DNA of 64,000 nt from Bigelowiella natans CCMP2755 (taxonomy: Eukaryota; Protista; Cercozoa). The notes beneath the pieces are model-generated. The model saw nothing but the letters and a program-made list of their open reading frames with translations. It had not been told where the DNA came from and ran no database searches. This document shows, in pieces, positions 44,227 through 56,098 of the stretch; positions within the stretch are counted from its first letter, which is position 1, and the number at the start of each line of letters is the position of its first letter. Position numbers and translations under genes: made by a program. The stretch is from the NCBI GenBank assembly GCA_000320545.1, contig ADNK01000566.1, positions 1 to 64,000 on the forward strand, read 5' to 3'.

Positions 44227-45109
44227 CGTGTAAGGGAGAGGTATAGACAGAGAGGTATAGAAAGAGAGGTTTAGGGAGATGGAAGAGGAAGAAAGAGAGA
44301 TTCCGGGTTGGTTTAGTTTTTGTAGCCTGCTTTCAAGAGACATAATATTGACGACGACGAAGCTGTGTATTATTTATGATCGGTCGTGTTGATATTGTTA
44401 TTGTTGTTGTTGTTATAGTTGCTGTTATTTATGTAATTCTTATCTATTTCTAACCAGGTTCGTTGGGTATTGATGCCGGAGGGGACAGGTAGTGATGACG
44501 AAGTAGAAATAGCAGCTGCACATACACCCTTACATCACTATTATCACCCACCACCACCACCATCACCTATCATTTATCGGGCATGCATGTCACTCCCTCC
44601 CTCCCTCCATTCGTCGGAATATATGCAATAATAATGTGTCTCGAAGAAAGAGTCAGAGAGAGCAAACTCCGGGGATTTGTGCGACTTGGCTGATAGTATT
44701 GGTGCTCGTGTGGCTATTATGATAGGGCGAGAGCTGGATGTCACCTCCGCGCGATGCCAACCTGTACACGCTGTGCCGAAGGTGCTGTTCCTGATATGCA
44801 TGCATGCTATTCCTGACATGCGGGCATGCCTCGACGATGATACACAATGTTGTGAATCTACACATCCATCGCACTTTTTCGTCTTCTCATATATAATATA
44901 TATAGTACATATAACACGGGCATTGATGAGGCCTTCCTCTGTGTTTCGAAGCGAGTGACTTAATCAGTTGATGTGTCGGTCGTTATGTTATAAAGAGGCA
45001 AGCTGAAGATGCTGATCAGGAGGAATGGTCCATCCAAGATAGTTCCTCTACTGGTGGTGATAATAACGCACGTGATCTCGAGAAGAAGCGGGAAACTATG
45101 GGAATGTAG
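26334..45109 (+). CDS. Very large multi-exon chromatin-type protein: GNAT acetyltransferase-like domain, about 4 HMG boxes, 2 LysM-like domains and a conserved-looking C-terminal module, with long low-complexity linkers
   Basis: GNAT region: KPLSLEYIADRVDLDDPIWGYVVR-GWLQGFITITTFTTW…RWFRWDS; GVIWPHIAEISLLGALGCGSTLVE-YDYIVLQATKASIKFYERMGFVRVGA. HMG: KPKRNISSYMLFY…AEVDKKRYLKELEEY; KPKRPNSAYFLFSME…SFKEISRHVSEEWGKLSKEAKEPY. LysM: YLATPKDTPSTIARRFGIRVSDLIFFN…GTKIRIP. C-terminus: YFVLTYIPDLRWCRVCPM…RWVLMPE…ELDVTSARC…DADQEEWSI…GM* (45109). Confidence 0.7.
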
Positions 45110-45379
45110 CGATATTAGGCCTTCCAGCATTGCGTGCACTTGAAATACCGACGCAAATTGATAATTATTTATCCGATAAAGCGGTATTAAAAAATAGGTG
45201 CGGAATTCTGATAATATGTAAGCATCTTTCTCTGTCGATCGAATTGTGAAATCGCAAGAATCTTGCAAGTCGGCTGATTGGGGTGCGAGAAAGTGTTGCT
45301 ACAATTGTGAAGCATCGCAGTGCCATTCTTCTTTGTTTTCATGTAGGTAGCTGCCAGAGATGACCCGCGTTCCATCAAC

Positions 45380-46060
45380 CATATCGAGATTACATGTAGC
45401 GTGTGCTGTCGCGCGCGTCTAATGACGTACTTACAAATGTGCATGCATAACGTACAAGTTTGCTTTTGTTCAATCGTAATCAAGACCCACCAGCCGCCAA
45501 ATCCAAGTAAAATGGTTTACCTGGCCCAAAGGAAGACAAGCATGCGCATGCATGGTCTCTGGCCAATGACACGCTTGTGCAGTGCGTGGCCACAGTGAAT
45601 TGAACACTATGACTAGCGCAACACGGCACGCCACGAAAAGTTGCGCTGTTTTGCTAGGCATGGATGCGCTAACAATGCGATGCATGGCGGCGCGCATATG
45701 GAATTGCCTGAATCGTAGCCGCTGTGTAGCACAAACAATCATCACAAGCATTACACCGGCCGGCGCTGCGCAAGCTAGTGCAAATGACTAGATGAGTGCA
45801 TGAATATGCATATGGCCGCTGCATAAATTCTAATGCTATGTTGCCTCCATGCACACGCGTGACAAGTAAGCTTATGCTTTGCACATTTGTGTCAGTTTGT
45901 GTGGCCCATCGGCACAGGGTACATGCCTCGAATTTTAGCCACTCTTTTGAATGTCATTGTGCATATCACATGCACTTGTTGCAAATTGAGGAGGAAGTGA
46001 GTCAGACAAACTCATCGCTTCACCAATGATGAACTATAGCATCTACGACATGATGGTCCA
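45380..46060. other. Convergent intergenic spacer rich in CATG/TGCA words
   Basis: Examples: gtgcatgcata, catgcgcatgcatgg, gatgcatggcggcgcgcatatg. It lies between the 3' ends of the GNAT-HMG and polycystin-like genes. Confidence 0.55.
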
Positions 46061-46078
46061 TACTTGTGAATCCCAAAA

Positions 46079-49000
46079 TTAACATTCAATTGAACTGCTT
46101 CCAGGCTCTTCTGCAACGCTACTACTACACGAGCTTTCATCAAAATCATCAATTTCACTGGTCGTGATTCCCAAAAATTTGTGCATGAGTGCAGTCGATT
46201 TTTTCCGACGCATCAGATCCGAATTTTTGGCCTGTCCTACACGCCAGTATTGCTTCGATTGTCGTTCTATTTCGCTTTCCGACAGCCATGAGAACTCGGA
46301 CTCGACCACAGAATTATCGTCCTTCTCTTTCTTCGGAAGACAAGCGAACTCGATCTCGAACTCGGTGTACATGCGATGCGCACGTTGTAAATTGTATTCT
46401 AGATGTCTGTCGTTGAACACAGGCTCTCCTTCTACTTTAAACACGCGCCAACCAACTTCCAATCCAAATTCGTCTGCCTGTGTCTTCTCCTCCACATTGG
46501 AGATGCGGCACGATCTGTACTCGAATCCGATGTCGATTCCACTTGTAAAACGCACCCGCCGAAACTTCGTGCCATTTTTCTGGGAGTATTTGGTGGCCAC
46601 TAGCCCTTTCCACTTCTCTAAGTTGCGCGCCTTGGCCGCAAATGCCTTTTCTTGCTTCTCCGATTTCATGAAGTACTGCATCCCGCATAGTGGCACAAGA
46701 AGCGCTGCTTCTAACACGACTATGGAGAAAAATCTCGAGCAAGCATCCGCTCCAAAGAGAAATATGGTGTCTTTGACCCAGTTGTAGTGCTTGTCCCTGA
46801 GTGACCAAGCTAAGTTGAGAAGGATGAAGCAGCACCCGAGGGAGATGACTGTGCAAGCTGCTATTGCAAACGTATCACGCCTCCACCAACGATACGTTTC
46901 AGGACTTCCCGTATGCTCCCGGAAGACGTTTTCTGTGCTAAAGCATTTCTTCTCCCTTTGCTCATCCTTGCTCTCGTCCTTACCTCTCGAGGTAATGGTG
47001 AGAAAGGTAGTGCTTGATCGAGCGAGTTCTGGACCATCCTCGCCCAGGCTCGGCAAGAGCAGCGCGCTCCCGGTCATGGAAAGCGACATGTTTGCAGATC
47101 GCTTTAATCGGCGGTGACTCTTTTTGGTCTCCAAGGTTATTATCCTTTCATTGTTGGACTTGTTGACATGCTTGAGGTCTTCCTGTACCGTGCCTGGGAG
47201 CTGGCAACGTGGCACCTCGTTGCCTGATACGTCCTTGGGTTTCTTATCCGTAGAAGTTAGTACTACGTCCTTCAGTCTCACACCTGGTTTTTTATCCTTC
47301 AGCCGATACGTTCTCCCGTTTTCCTTTGCACTAGCAGCCTCCTGCCCTGCGATCTGCCCTGCAATCATCGGCACTGCTGGGAAGATTTTTTGTTCCACAT
47401 CTCTATTTTTGGCCTCGTCACCACCGTCATCATCGTCGTCACCATCATCATTGGCGTCCCCTCCGCCATCATCATTATCGTCCCCTTCTTCAGCCATAAC
47501 AACGTTCTCGTCCTCACCCGAATCCATTTGTAAATCGCCACCCTCTTCTGCTTGTATCTGCATCTCGCCCATAACCAGCATGAGTAAACAGAAGATCCAA
47601 CTCATCCAGCCTGCTCCGTAGGAGGAGAGCATGTTGCGTGGAACACGAAAGGATAGAGGCACGGGTCGATTTAAAACTGTAAGAAGGATCATAGGCACGG
47701 GAAAAGACATGATCATGGAGATGAGCGACATAGACGTGTCAGCACTCAAGAACGGCCCAAGCTCTGCCTGTTTCTCAAGCAAAAGCGCAAGCACTGTCAT
47801 TCCATTGAGGAGTAGCACAAGTAAAATCATAGTTCTCTTTGCAGAGGACAAATAGTCCCCGTTGTGTCGAGCTACTATGGACGTCCACGTATGCTTGCGA
47901 GACACCGCCCATTTGACGCTCTCTTCATAACTGTTCCATGAACGTGCCTGCGCAAGTCGGAGATCGCTCATGTAGTTATATTTGCGCCAGAACTCAGCAG
48001 CTGCCATGTCTCCATGATCTTCGTACACCTTCCAGTCCCGTTGAAGTGCGACGAAAAATGTGAGAGCAAAGAAAGTGATGAAGACGAGGAGAAACAGCGT
48101 AAGAGGGTTTGCGAAAGAATAGACCTCCGGATTGTCGACGCTATCTTCATCTACCGTGTTAATATCTACGCTGAAGCTTGTCAGATGGTGCGACAGGCAC
48201 ACTAAACTTCCATGAAACGGATGCGTGTCGTTGGTGAAGTTTCCGAAGGCGACCCCCTCAGAGTCCCAACTCCGATGTTCGTTTGACCAGAATTGGCATG
48301 CAGCGTCATAGCTCTTCCCCCCTCCCTTCTCTCTCTCTTTCTGGTCTTCGAGCGTTAGTGGGAATTGTATGAGAAAAGGTTGCTGCGTGTGCTCCACGTG
48401 AACAGGGTCGCCATTCTGGGCAAGCTCAATTGTGAGTTGCATGTCCACAGGAATCACGCTCTTTTGATCGTCGCTTTGCTGACCCGCATCATCATTAGGG
48501 TAAGGGCGGGAACCCATCCACACTATTTTCATGCCCACATCATCAGGCGACCCATCACCGGGAAGTGGGGAAAACCAGGCTGGGTGACATAGTCACAGAG
48601 AAGGACGAATTAGACGAAGATGATGTCGCTTGTGCATCCCCGCTTCCTAACTCGACTTCGATCACACTTCCAGGCGCATCGGTGGTAGTTTTTCTCTGTG
48701 CGGCGAGCACGGCGGCGGGGGTGTGTACTTCAGCTGGTGCTTCTCCCACGCTGACTGTGGCTAATAAGGCTTCTGTTATATTAACTAAGAGCCTTTCCGC
48801 TTTCGCTGCCACTTCGATGCGTTCCTCCGAGTTAACGAGAGTTTTTCTCCTCGTTGTGCGCGATGCTGTTGTATTCTTCGTGTCGCTGACCGACTGTGCA
48901 ATACTACCAATAGTCGATGTGGCGAGCCTAATTGCGTTATCGCTGAGAGAATCCGTAGAATTGCTGAGCAACGTCGTGGCCATTTGTAAGACTACCGAGC

Positions 49001-52000
49001 GGGTTTTACTCGAAATTACATCGGGTTTGCCTACAGGGAATGCCGATACCTTTTCCATAAGCTCCAGTGGTACCTCTATGGCATCATCTCCTGTCAATCC
49101 TGCAGTGGCTCCTGCCAATCCTTTCACAGAGCTAATCAGATCCTCGCGTGCCTTGGCTGCGGACCGCTCGGGGGAGCTCCCCGATTCGATTTCGTTCTCC
49201 GAAGGTGTCGCAGAGTCCACAATCGCTCGGAAATAAAGTGCAACATTGATGAAGTCTCCTGTCTGTTTGGCCATCTCTACTTCTTCCATCATGGAGGAGA
49301 TGTCGACCTCAACGTTGCCCTGCACTTGAAATGTGAGAAGAGATTGATTGCTGAAGACCGTCACCGCACCGAGAGCATCGCGGATTAACGCGCGCACCTG
49401 GACAGTCCGCTTCGAATTCGGCTTAGCAAAGAGCAGGGTAGAGTAGGTAGATGATGCCTGATATTTATTCAGATCGAAGAATTCCATGGCGCCGTTATTG
49501 CTCGCTGCCACATCTGCTTCCTGAAACTTGAAGGAAAGAGGCAAGTCCTCGTCAGCCCAATCCACACAACGGAGGCGGAACTGTGTGCGCATGCTAACGC
49601 CTTCTCTCGGCCCATTCGGACCACACAGGCCCAATGTTGGCCCTTCGTTGACTGATAACATAATTTCAGCCTTACCGTGGGTCATCATACCCCCCTGGAG
49701 CTTCTCTGATACTTGGAGCCTGATTACATAGCTCTCTCCTCCATGTAGCACATGCGGTCTCAGAACCAGATGGGATGCATTTGCGGAGGGAGAGAGGAGG
49801 AATTTAGAGGAGGGAGAGAGTAGATTCTGGGCTTCGTGACTCGGAATGCTCCAAAAGAAGGAGTCTTGCATCTCGTTGGCGACACCACTACGAAGTTCTG
49901 CAGAAGTGACGTTGCCGTACAAAGTTATCTTCGCGTCAGGGTTCACCCGATAACCTCCACCTTTCGCTAGGGACGAGGATGAGACAGGATGAGAGCGGAG
50001 ATAGATGGATATGCGGGGAACTGGAACTTCGCTCACACTGAAGGAATAAGAGAAGTCGGATACCTCATTTCCATGCTCATATTATTAAAAGGTAATTCTG
50101 ATTTGCGATAAAAGTCACTAAACTGAAGGCTTTAAGATTTTTCAGACAGCAACGCAGGCATGCACATAGTCAAAAATGTCGAAAAATATACCGAATTATT
50201 TGAGTCGCTATCGCGGATCTGTTGAGTCCATTATTTGTTGCGTTGAGACTGGCAGCAATCGTTTCGAGAGGCGTGGAGGTGACGGTCAAGACGACGATGT
50301 ACTCTCCAGCTGGCAATATATTCGAGCTCACACGCATTATTGGCGAGCTTGATATCATGCTTACGTTTTGAAATGATGACGATAAAAGAGGGAAACGTTC
50401 GCGAATATGCCAGTGGAAGGTCTGAATGGGAATGTGGGTTCCAACGTCCTTCGATCCCGAGCCATCAAGTGTAAGTGAGGATGCGGAGGAAGACGGGAGA
50501 AATACCTCCATGAAACGCTCCCCATGTCCAATTTGCGCGAACAGCGGCTCATCTAAAACTTCAACGATTAAAGTAGTATTTACTTCTCCAATCATTTGAC
50601 CGTTCAAGATAGATTTGACACGGAGCTTTAGCGCATACGTCCCTCCCATTTTAAAGAAATGCTTAGGAATTTCAAGATACGCAACGTTTGGGTTTGGGAG
50701 GGTAAGTGCTGCCGTCTCTTCTAGAACATGACGGTATTGCTCCGCAAAATTATCCAAATCTGGAGAACTTCTACCTAGTAATGACCATTGGACCTTGTTG
50801 TATCCCCTAGCCCCACACGGAGCGGAATATTTAGCACGAAGAATATGCCCCTCTGAAGTCCTCATCCTCAGGGGATTAGGACAGGGCAGCACCACTTCTG
50901 GCAGCTCAACAGTAACCCTTGTCATGTACAGCACGCCAACATCAGTTTGGTTCAACCAGTTGGTAACGGTGGCCGTGAAACGGTGCTGTCCGGTAGTTAA
51001 GTTGGTAGGAAGAAGCGACAGTCGATAGTCTTTCTTCCCGGAAACATAGTTTGCCAATTGGGGAGTTGGCCCTTGATAGCTCCACCGTATATCCAGGGGA
51101 ATGCCGTAGCCCCCTGTAGAAGATGATGCATCAACTGATGCATCGTCACACAGGCCGACGGTCTGCAATCCCATCACTACAGCTCGGGGTTTGGCCACAC
51201 TCAATGGAGGTTTCAGGAGTTGAGTAGACGCTGGATTTGAATTAGTACCTGTATTGGCCTCACCTAAAACTCCACCTTTGAACCCCACTATATCCCCAAC
51301 GCGAAGGGAAAACCCAGACCCGAGCAGCAAATGAAGCGTGCGCCCGCCATCTTGCCAGAGGCACGTAGGATCTCTGCCAATTTTGGCCAGGGTCTCAGTT
51401 GTAAGAAGATCCTCGCATAGTAGCCGGGGAGCATTGGTAGCTAGATTCAACCGCAGAATTACGTATGTTACGGAATCTGATAGCCTTGCCTCCTCAAGGG
51501 CCTAAGACATAGCAGCCACCAAGCGTGAGAAGGAACGAGACTACCAAAAACTACAAACCGAATTTCTTCATGTATACTAAGGATCTCGAAATTCTTTTAG
51601 TTTCACCGATCATCGAGGGTGCAAATATGCATGTGCGAGTGAACGCGCAGAGAGATGAGAGAAGGAGAACGGGGGGGGAGGGGGGGAGGTAGTATCTAGT
51701 ATTAGTAGAGAAATGTACCAGTGGTTGGAGAGTTGGGCTTGTCGTTGAGGGTGATATGGTAGGACTATTCGTCGGAGAGACAGAAGGCAATAGAGTTGCG
51801 GGGGATGCAGACGGCATTAGAGTTACCGGGACTTTAGTCGTCGGTGAAGACGATGGCGATTCTGTTGGGCTTAATGAGGGAGATATGGTCGTTGGTGAAA
51901 GTGACGGAGATTCTGTTGGGCTTAATGAGGGAGATACAGTTGATGGCGAGAAGGATGTACTTGGGGTGAACGTTGGCGCCAGGGTGGGGGACGTAGTAGT

Positions 52001-55000
52001 TAGCTTACAGATACGATAACCCCTTTTCCCGGGGCCCACTTCGAGATTGTAGTGCATGTTTCCATTCCCATCACCTCCATGCCAACTGCCGTAGCCCTCG
52101 TGACAGTAAGGCCAGTGATCGGCCTTCGAATATGAATTATAACGTGTCTTTACTTGGAAGTGTTTTTTTAGGTATTGAAAGGCCATTCCAAAGCATTCTT
52201 GGATCGAAGTCACAACGGAATAGCCGCTTGGACAGTCAGCACTCTCCGAAGATGTTTGGATGTACTGAGAAAAATACATAAGGGGATTTTGGGGAAGACT
52301 CAATTTAAAAAAGATGCAGACGAGTGAAGAAATAGAAAGCCATTCTGATATTTGTTGTATAAAAGGAAGCTCATTCTAAAAAGCAAATACTAGGAATCGA
52401 GAAGAAATGAAATTATGGATGGATTTTATATCTTGAATAACCGGTTGTTGGGGAGGGGCGATCGTTGGATTTTTTGTCACCGCCATCGTCGCTAGTTTAC
52501 AGATTCGGTAGCCCCTCTTCCCTCCGCTATTCGCCAGATCGCTAAAATATATATTTCCATTGCCAGCTGTACCCCCATACCCTTCATAACAATATGGCCA
52601 GTGGTTTTCGTCCGGGCTTATCCCTGTCCATCTCTGGTTCACATGGCCTTCAAGTTTCAGGTATTCGAATGCCTTCCCGTAGCACTCCTCAAAACTTGTC
52701 ACAACCACGTAGCCTGATGGACAATCGCTGCTTTCGTGTTGGGTTTGCACATAGAGCTGGAGATAACATCCGTCCCGAAGGGGCATCAATTATGGATAGG
52801 ATAGAAAGAATAATTAAATGATGCAAGAGATAAAAATAATTCTGAGTTGTCTCTCAGCTTTAATTCCCTTATTAGTAAAGAACAAAATGATTCAATAGAA
52901 ATATGTTGGTTTGCAGCTGTACAAGACTAAGAATGAGTCCGTGGGACGATAATTTAGGGGGGTAGATGGGGGAGGGGGAGGGGGGAGGAGACTGCTATCT
53001 GAGCTTGTCGGAAAAAAAGAAGTCTGTAGCTTTAACTAGTGAATATCGATTATCTCAGCGATGCTACATTTATTTGTCTCGGCAACTCATACCTTGGTCT
53101 GCACTGTGGGAAGAGAAGTCGGTGATGTAGTCATTGTTGGTGCAGAGGTTCGTAACGAGGTCTGATCACAGTAGTAAGTAAGTTAGGAATGAAAGGAGGC
53201 CATTGCCTAAAACGAAAGACAATAAGATTTACCTCCGCACAATAGTCGCCCTGAGTCCCCTTTCCATACAGGAACTGGACCTCGTCGTCCCGCAGTGCGC
53301 GGCGGTAGATGCTCAGCGCATGAATTGCACCCGAAAGTTTGGAGTGACTGGAATCTTGCGACCATCCAAGGTAGTTACTTGTTACCAGTTGTCGGCTGAT
53401 CTTCGGAACACCGCAAGAACGCTTAGCAGCCAGCTTGCCGTTGATATAGATCATTTGCACAGAAGCGTGCTCCCTGTAAATGTACAATGTGGCAAAATGG
53501 AAGACCTCGCCCGGGTATATGTACTGTGGCGCTGGTAATAATCCCCCTGCAGAACCTGTCGCCGAAGCAGCTGAGTGGCTGAAGCCCACATGTGGGTAGC
53601 CTTTAACTTGACCAAAGAAAAAGTTGGTGGAAGAACCAACTCCGAAATCAAAAATCCTCTGCCAAGTTTTACCAGAAAATTGGTCGAAGCGAGCCCATCC
53701 AGTGATCGTGAAATCCTCCCCCCCCAGTTCCACACTGGCGAGCGAGGCGAACCCGAATCCGTAGAATTGAAGGCCGGTACCAATTTGACAGGTAAGCCCA
53801 TGCAGTGTTGCATCCATACTACCATATTTATCTGTCAACGTACAATTCTTAAAGCAAATGTGGTTTGAAGGTAGAGAACTATGACCCAGTCCCAGGCCTG
53901 ATATATTATATAGTGAAGACGATGAACTTTTAATAATTGAAAGTCTTGTTGAACTCTAGAGCTTTAAAAATAGCAACAGGCAATTATGATTAAAAAAAAA
54001 AAACGAATGAAGATTTTAGAATGAATTGGTATATACATCGCCATCACGCTATTATTTTATCCGCGTCAGGAGCAGAATGGTGGTTTATTTACACCTTGCC
54101 TACTCATGCTATTTCACAATTTTCAAATATCTCCTCTACACCTGTTGGCGATTTCGTAGCAATTCTTGAAGTATCTGGTTGTCCTGCTGGCAATTGCTGG
54201 CATCGAAAGTAGGCTTCCGCCCCAGGTTGTGAATCTGGCGACAGGTCTGTGCCTCGGTAGCAAGTGAAACAACCACCATATGCGTCTCTGCTGAATGCTA
54301 TGCAAAGTGGGTCGCCAGAGCAAACATCTGCGCACTCCTGAGCACTGTTGGTATTCTTCATCATTTGGCATCCAGTGAAAATACCACTATGGCTTAAATT
54401 GTAGCCGGAAACCTTTGTGCCGTCGCACGGCACAATGGTTGGAGCAGCGGTAGGTGATATCGGCGCCTGGGTTCCTGTGATCTTTGAAATATTAAACACC
54501 AACATATCGGCAACAATACTAATGTTAATATGCTCAGAGAAATGACCCATGCAGCTTATCCATGTCTTCCCTTGAGTTTCCCTCCTATTTCTCATCACCC
54601 CGAGCATACATCATACGTAAAATGGCACTAACTACCTCAGCACATCGGTCGTGGTAGCCTTCCCCCCTTCTATACAACTGTTGAATCTCATCAGAAGACA
54701 GAATGCGATCGTAAATACTGAATGCATGGATGGTTCCCTGAAAGTTTGAGGCACCAGGAATTGTAGACTTGCCGAAAAAATGATGGGCTCGCTTGAGACG
54801 AGAGATTGGCATATTACCACAGCTGTTAACCATCACTAAGGTTCCATCAATATACATGCGTGCTTCTGCACTCCCAGAGTACTCCCAAGTGACTGCGAAG
54901 TGGAAGATAACGTTGTCCAATAAAGACGCTTCGCCACTTGTGACATATGAGTCAAAGTGCAGATGCTTGCTCAATATTTTCACTGATCTCTTAGAATCAT

Positions 55001-55430
55001 CCTGGGTCAGCGTCAAATACCGTTGTGGATCACTGTATTCTGAATAACCGAAGTCGAAGATCCTTTGGTCCTTACCCGAAAATGAAGAAAAACTTGCCCA
55101 GCCAACAAATGTTAAATCTGTGCCGCCTAGGGGGACTGACTTGGCTTCCGCATACTTTGGCGTGCCGTCGAAGCTTAGCCCGCTTCCATTAGTGCATGTG
55201 AGACCTCCATGTAGCATTGTCACATGCATTTCTCCATACTTGTCATTTAATTGACATTTATCGAAGCAGAGGTGGTGAATTGGCCTCGAATGGGAGAAAC
55301 CTAAATATTTTTCGAACATTTATACATTTCTGAAGAGAACAGGGGAACACCTCGTAGTGGATATATGACCTGGCATCAGCAGCACGGTTAGAAAGAACAC
55401 TGAAAACTGCTGGCCGCCCATCTTCATCAT
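46079..55430 (-). CDS. Polycystin-1/REJ-like receptor: signal peptide, 2 LamG/ConA-like domains, PAN/apple-like domain, 2 Cys-rich repeats, S/T/P mucin stalk, REJ, GAIN/GPS, about 5-6 TM, C-terminal PDZ-like domain; contains one +1 frameshift near 48560
   Basis: Signal peptide MMKMGGQQFSVFFLTVLLMPG-FSHS (ATG 55430). LamG motif WQRIFDFG…FHFA…YING…G.IH..SIY.R.L..DE+Q. REJ-like VNEGPTLGLC…F.L.C.DWADEDLPLSFKF…IRDALGA. GPS CQFW…WDSEG…CLSHHLTSFSV followed by TM1. PKD-like HTWTSI…SAKR. Confidence 0.85.
51725..52000 (-). repeat. Coding S/T/P 'SPT/SPS' mucin-like repeats, including a near-exact duplicated unit
   Basis: The protein reads SPSLSPTESPSLSPTTISPSLSPTESPSSSPTT. The DNA gattctgttgggcttaatgaggga/gg occurs twice, at about 51858 and 51909. 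Confidence 0.85.
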
Positions 55431-56098
55431 CTTGGCGGTAGGTCCAAGGATGGGGGTCAAACCGCAAATGGATTCTGGGTAGATCTAATCCAGAAATTGC
55501 AGGCACAAAAGTGCGTAAATCGCTTTAGATCGTCTAGTAATCAATTAAATTGGGAGTTACGAAATAACGTTATGCGCTTTATCACCGTAGTCAATGACAC
55601 GAGATTTTCCCCGATTTTTGACACATTTTTGGGCTCGATTTTGAAAACGCCCTATCAGTTGGTTTGAGAGTCCAATTGAACGCCTTAACTACAGCAGCAA
55701 TAACTTTAAGAATAGTGGTTTAGATAGTTCCATTAAGCGATAGTGCCATAACATTATTGAATCGGATTCTGTGGTCAACTACAGCTTGTAGCTTGTTCGC
55801 GAATTTTAATTAATTAATAATTAATTATATAATTAGTTGCGCTCTTGGCAATTATGTTGGAAGTTGCATGTCTGTGTGGCGGAATCTTTGTTGTAGATCT
55901 ACGATCTTGATCTAGATCTTTACTGTACTCCTGGAATTTCGTAAATGTCCATTGCCCCTTCAAAACGACATGGCCGTATATTTGCGACATGGTAAATGCA
56001 TTGTCGCTTGTAAAAAAAGGATCGCATACATGATAATGCGAAATGCGATTCGCTCGCAGTGAAAAGCCGACATTCCGAAGCCGATAAACAGAAACCCA

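Larger units (their letters stand above)
19..44420. repeat. Dense, mostly intronic microsatellites: (CT/GA)n, (GT/CA)n, (AT)n, (TAG/CTA)n, (GAT/CAT)n and poly-C/G tracts
   Basis: Examples: (CT)n 22-62, (AT)n 1618-1660, (GT)n+(GA)n 6119-6221, (TAG)n 20555-20592, (AT)n 43954-43993. There are dozens of tracts, mostly about 20-60 nt. Confidence 0.95.

Noticed and set aside
1316-44343. Many short ORFs with YIYIY, CVCVC, ERERE, THTHT or LLLL runs
   Set aside because: They are translations of intronic microsatellites, not genes.
46164-49731. Plus-strand ORFs overlapping the polycystin-like gene
   Set aside because: They are antisense shadows of long coding exons with no recognisable motifs.
15229-55430. 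Functional PKD1/PKD2 pair formed by the polycystin-like gene and the FLC/'Pkd2'-like domain
   Set aside because: Fungal-type FLC/Pkd2 proteins are only distantly related to animal TRPP2, and the genes are about 25 kb apart with unrelated genes between. There is no evidence of linkage beyond the name.
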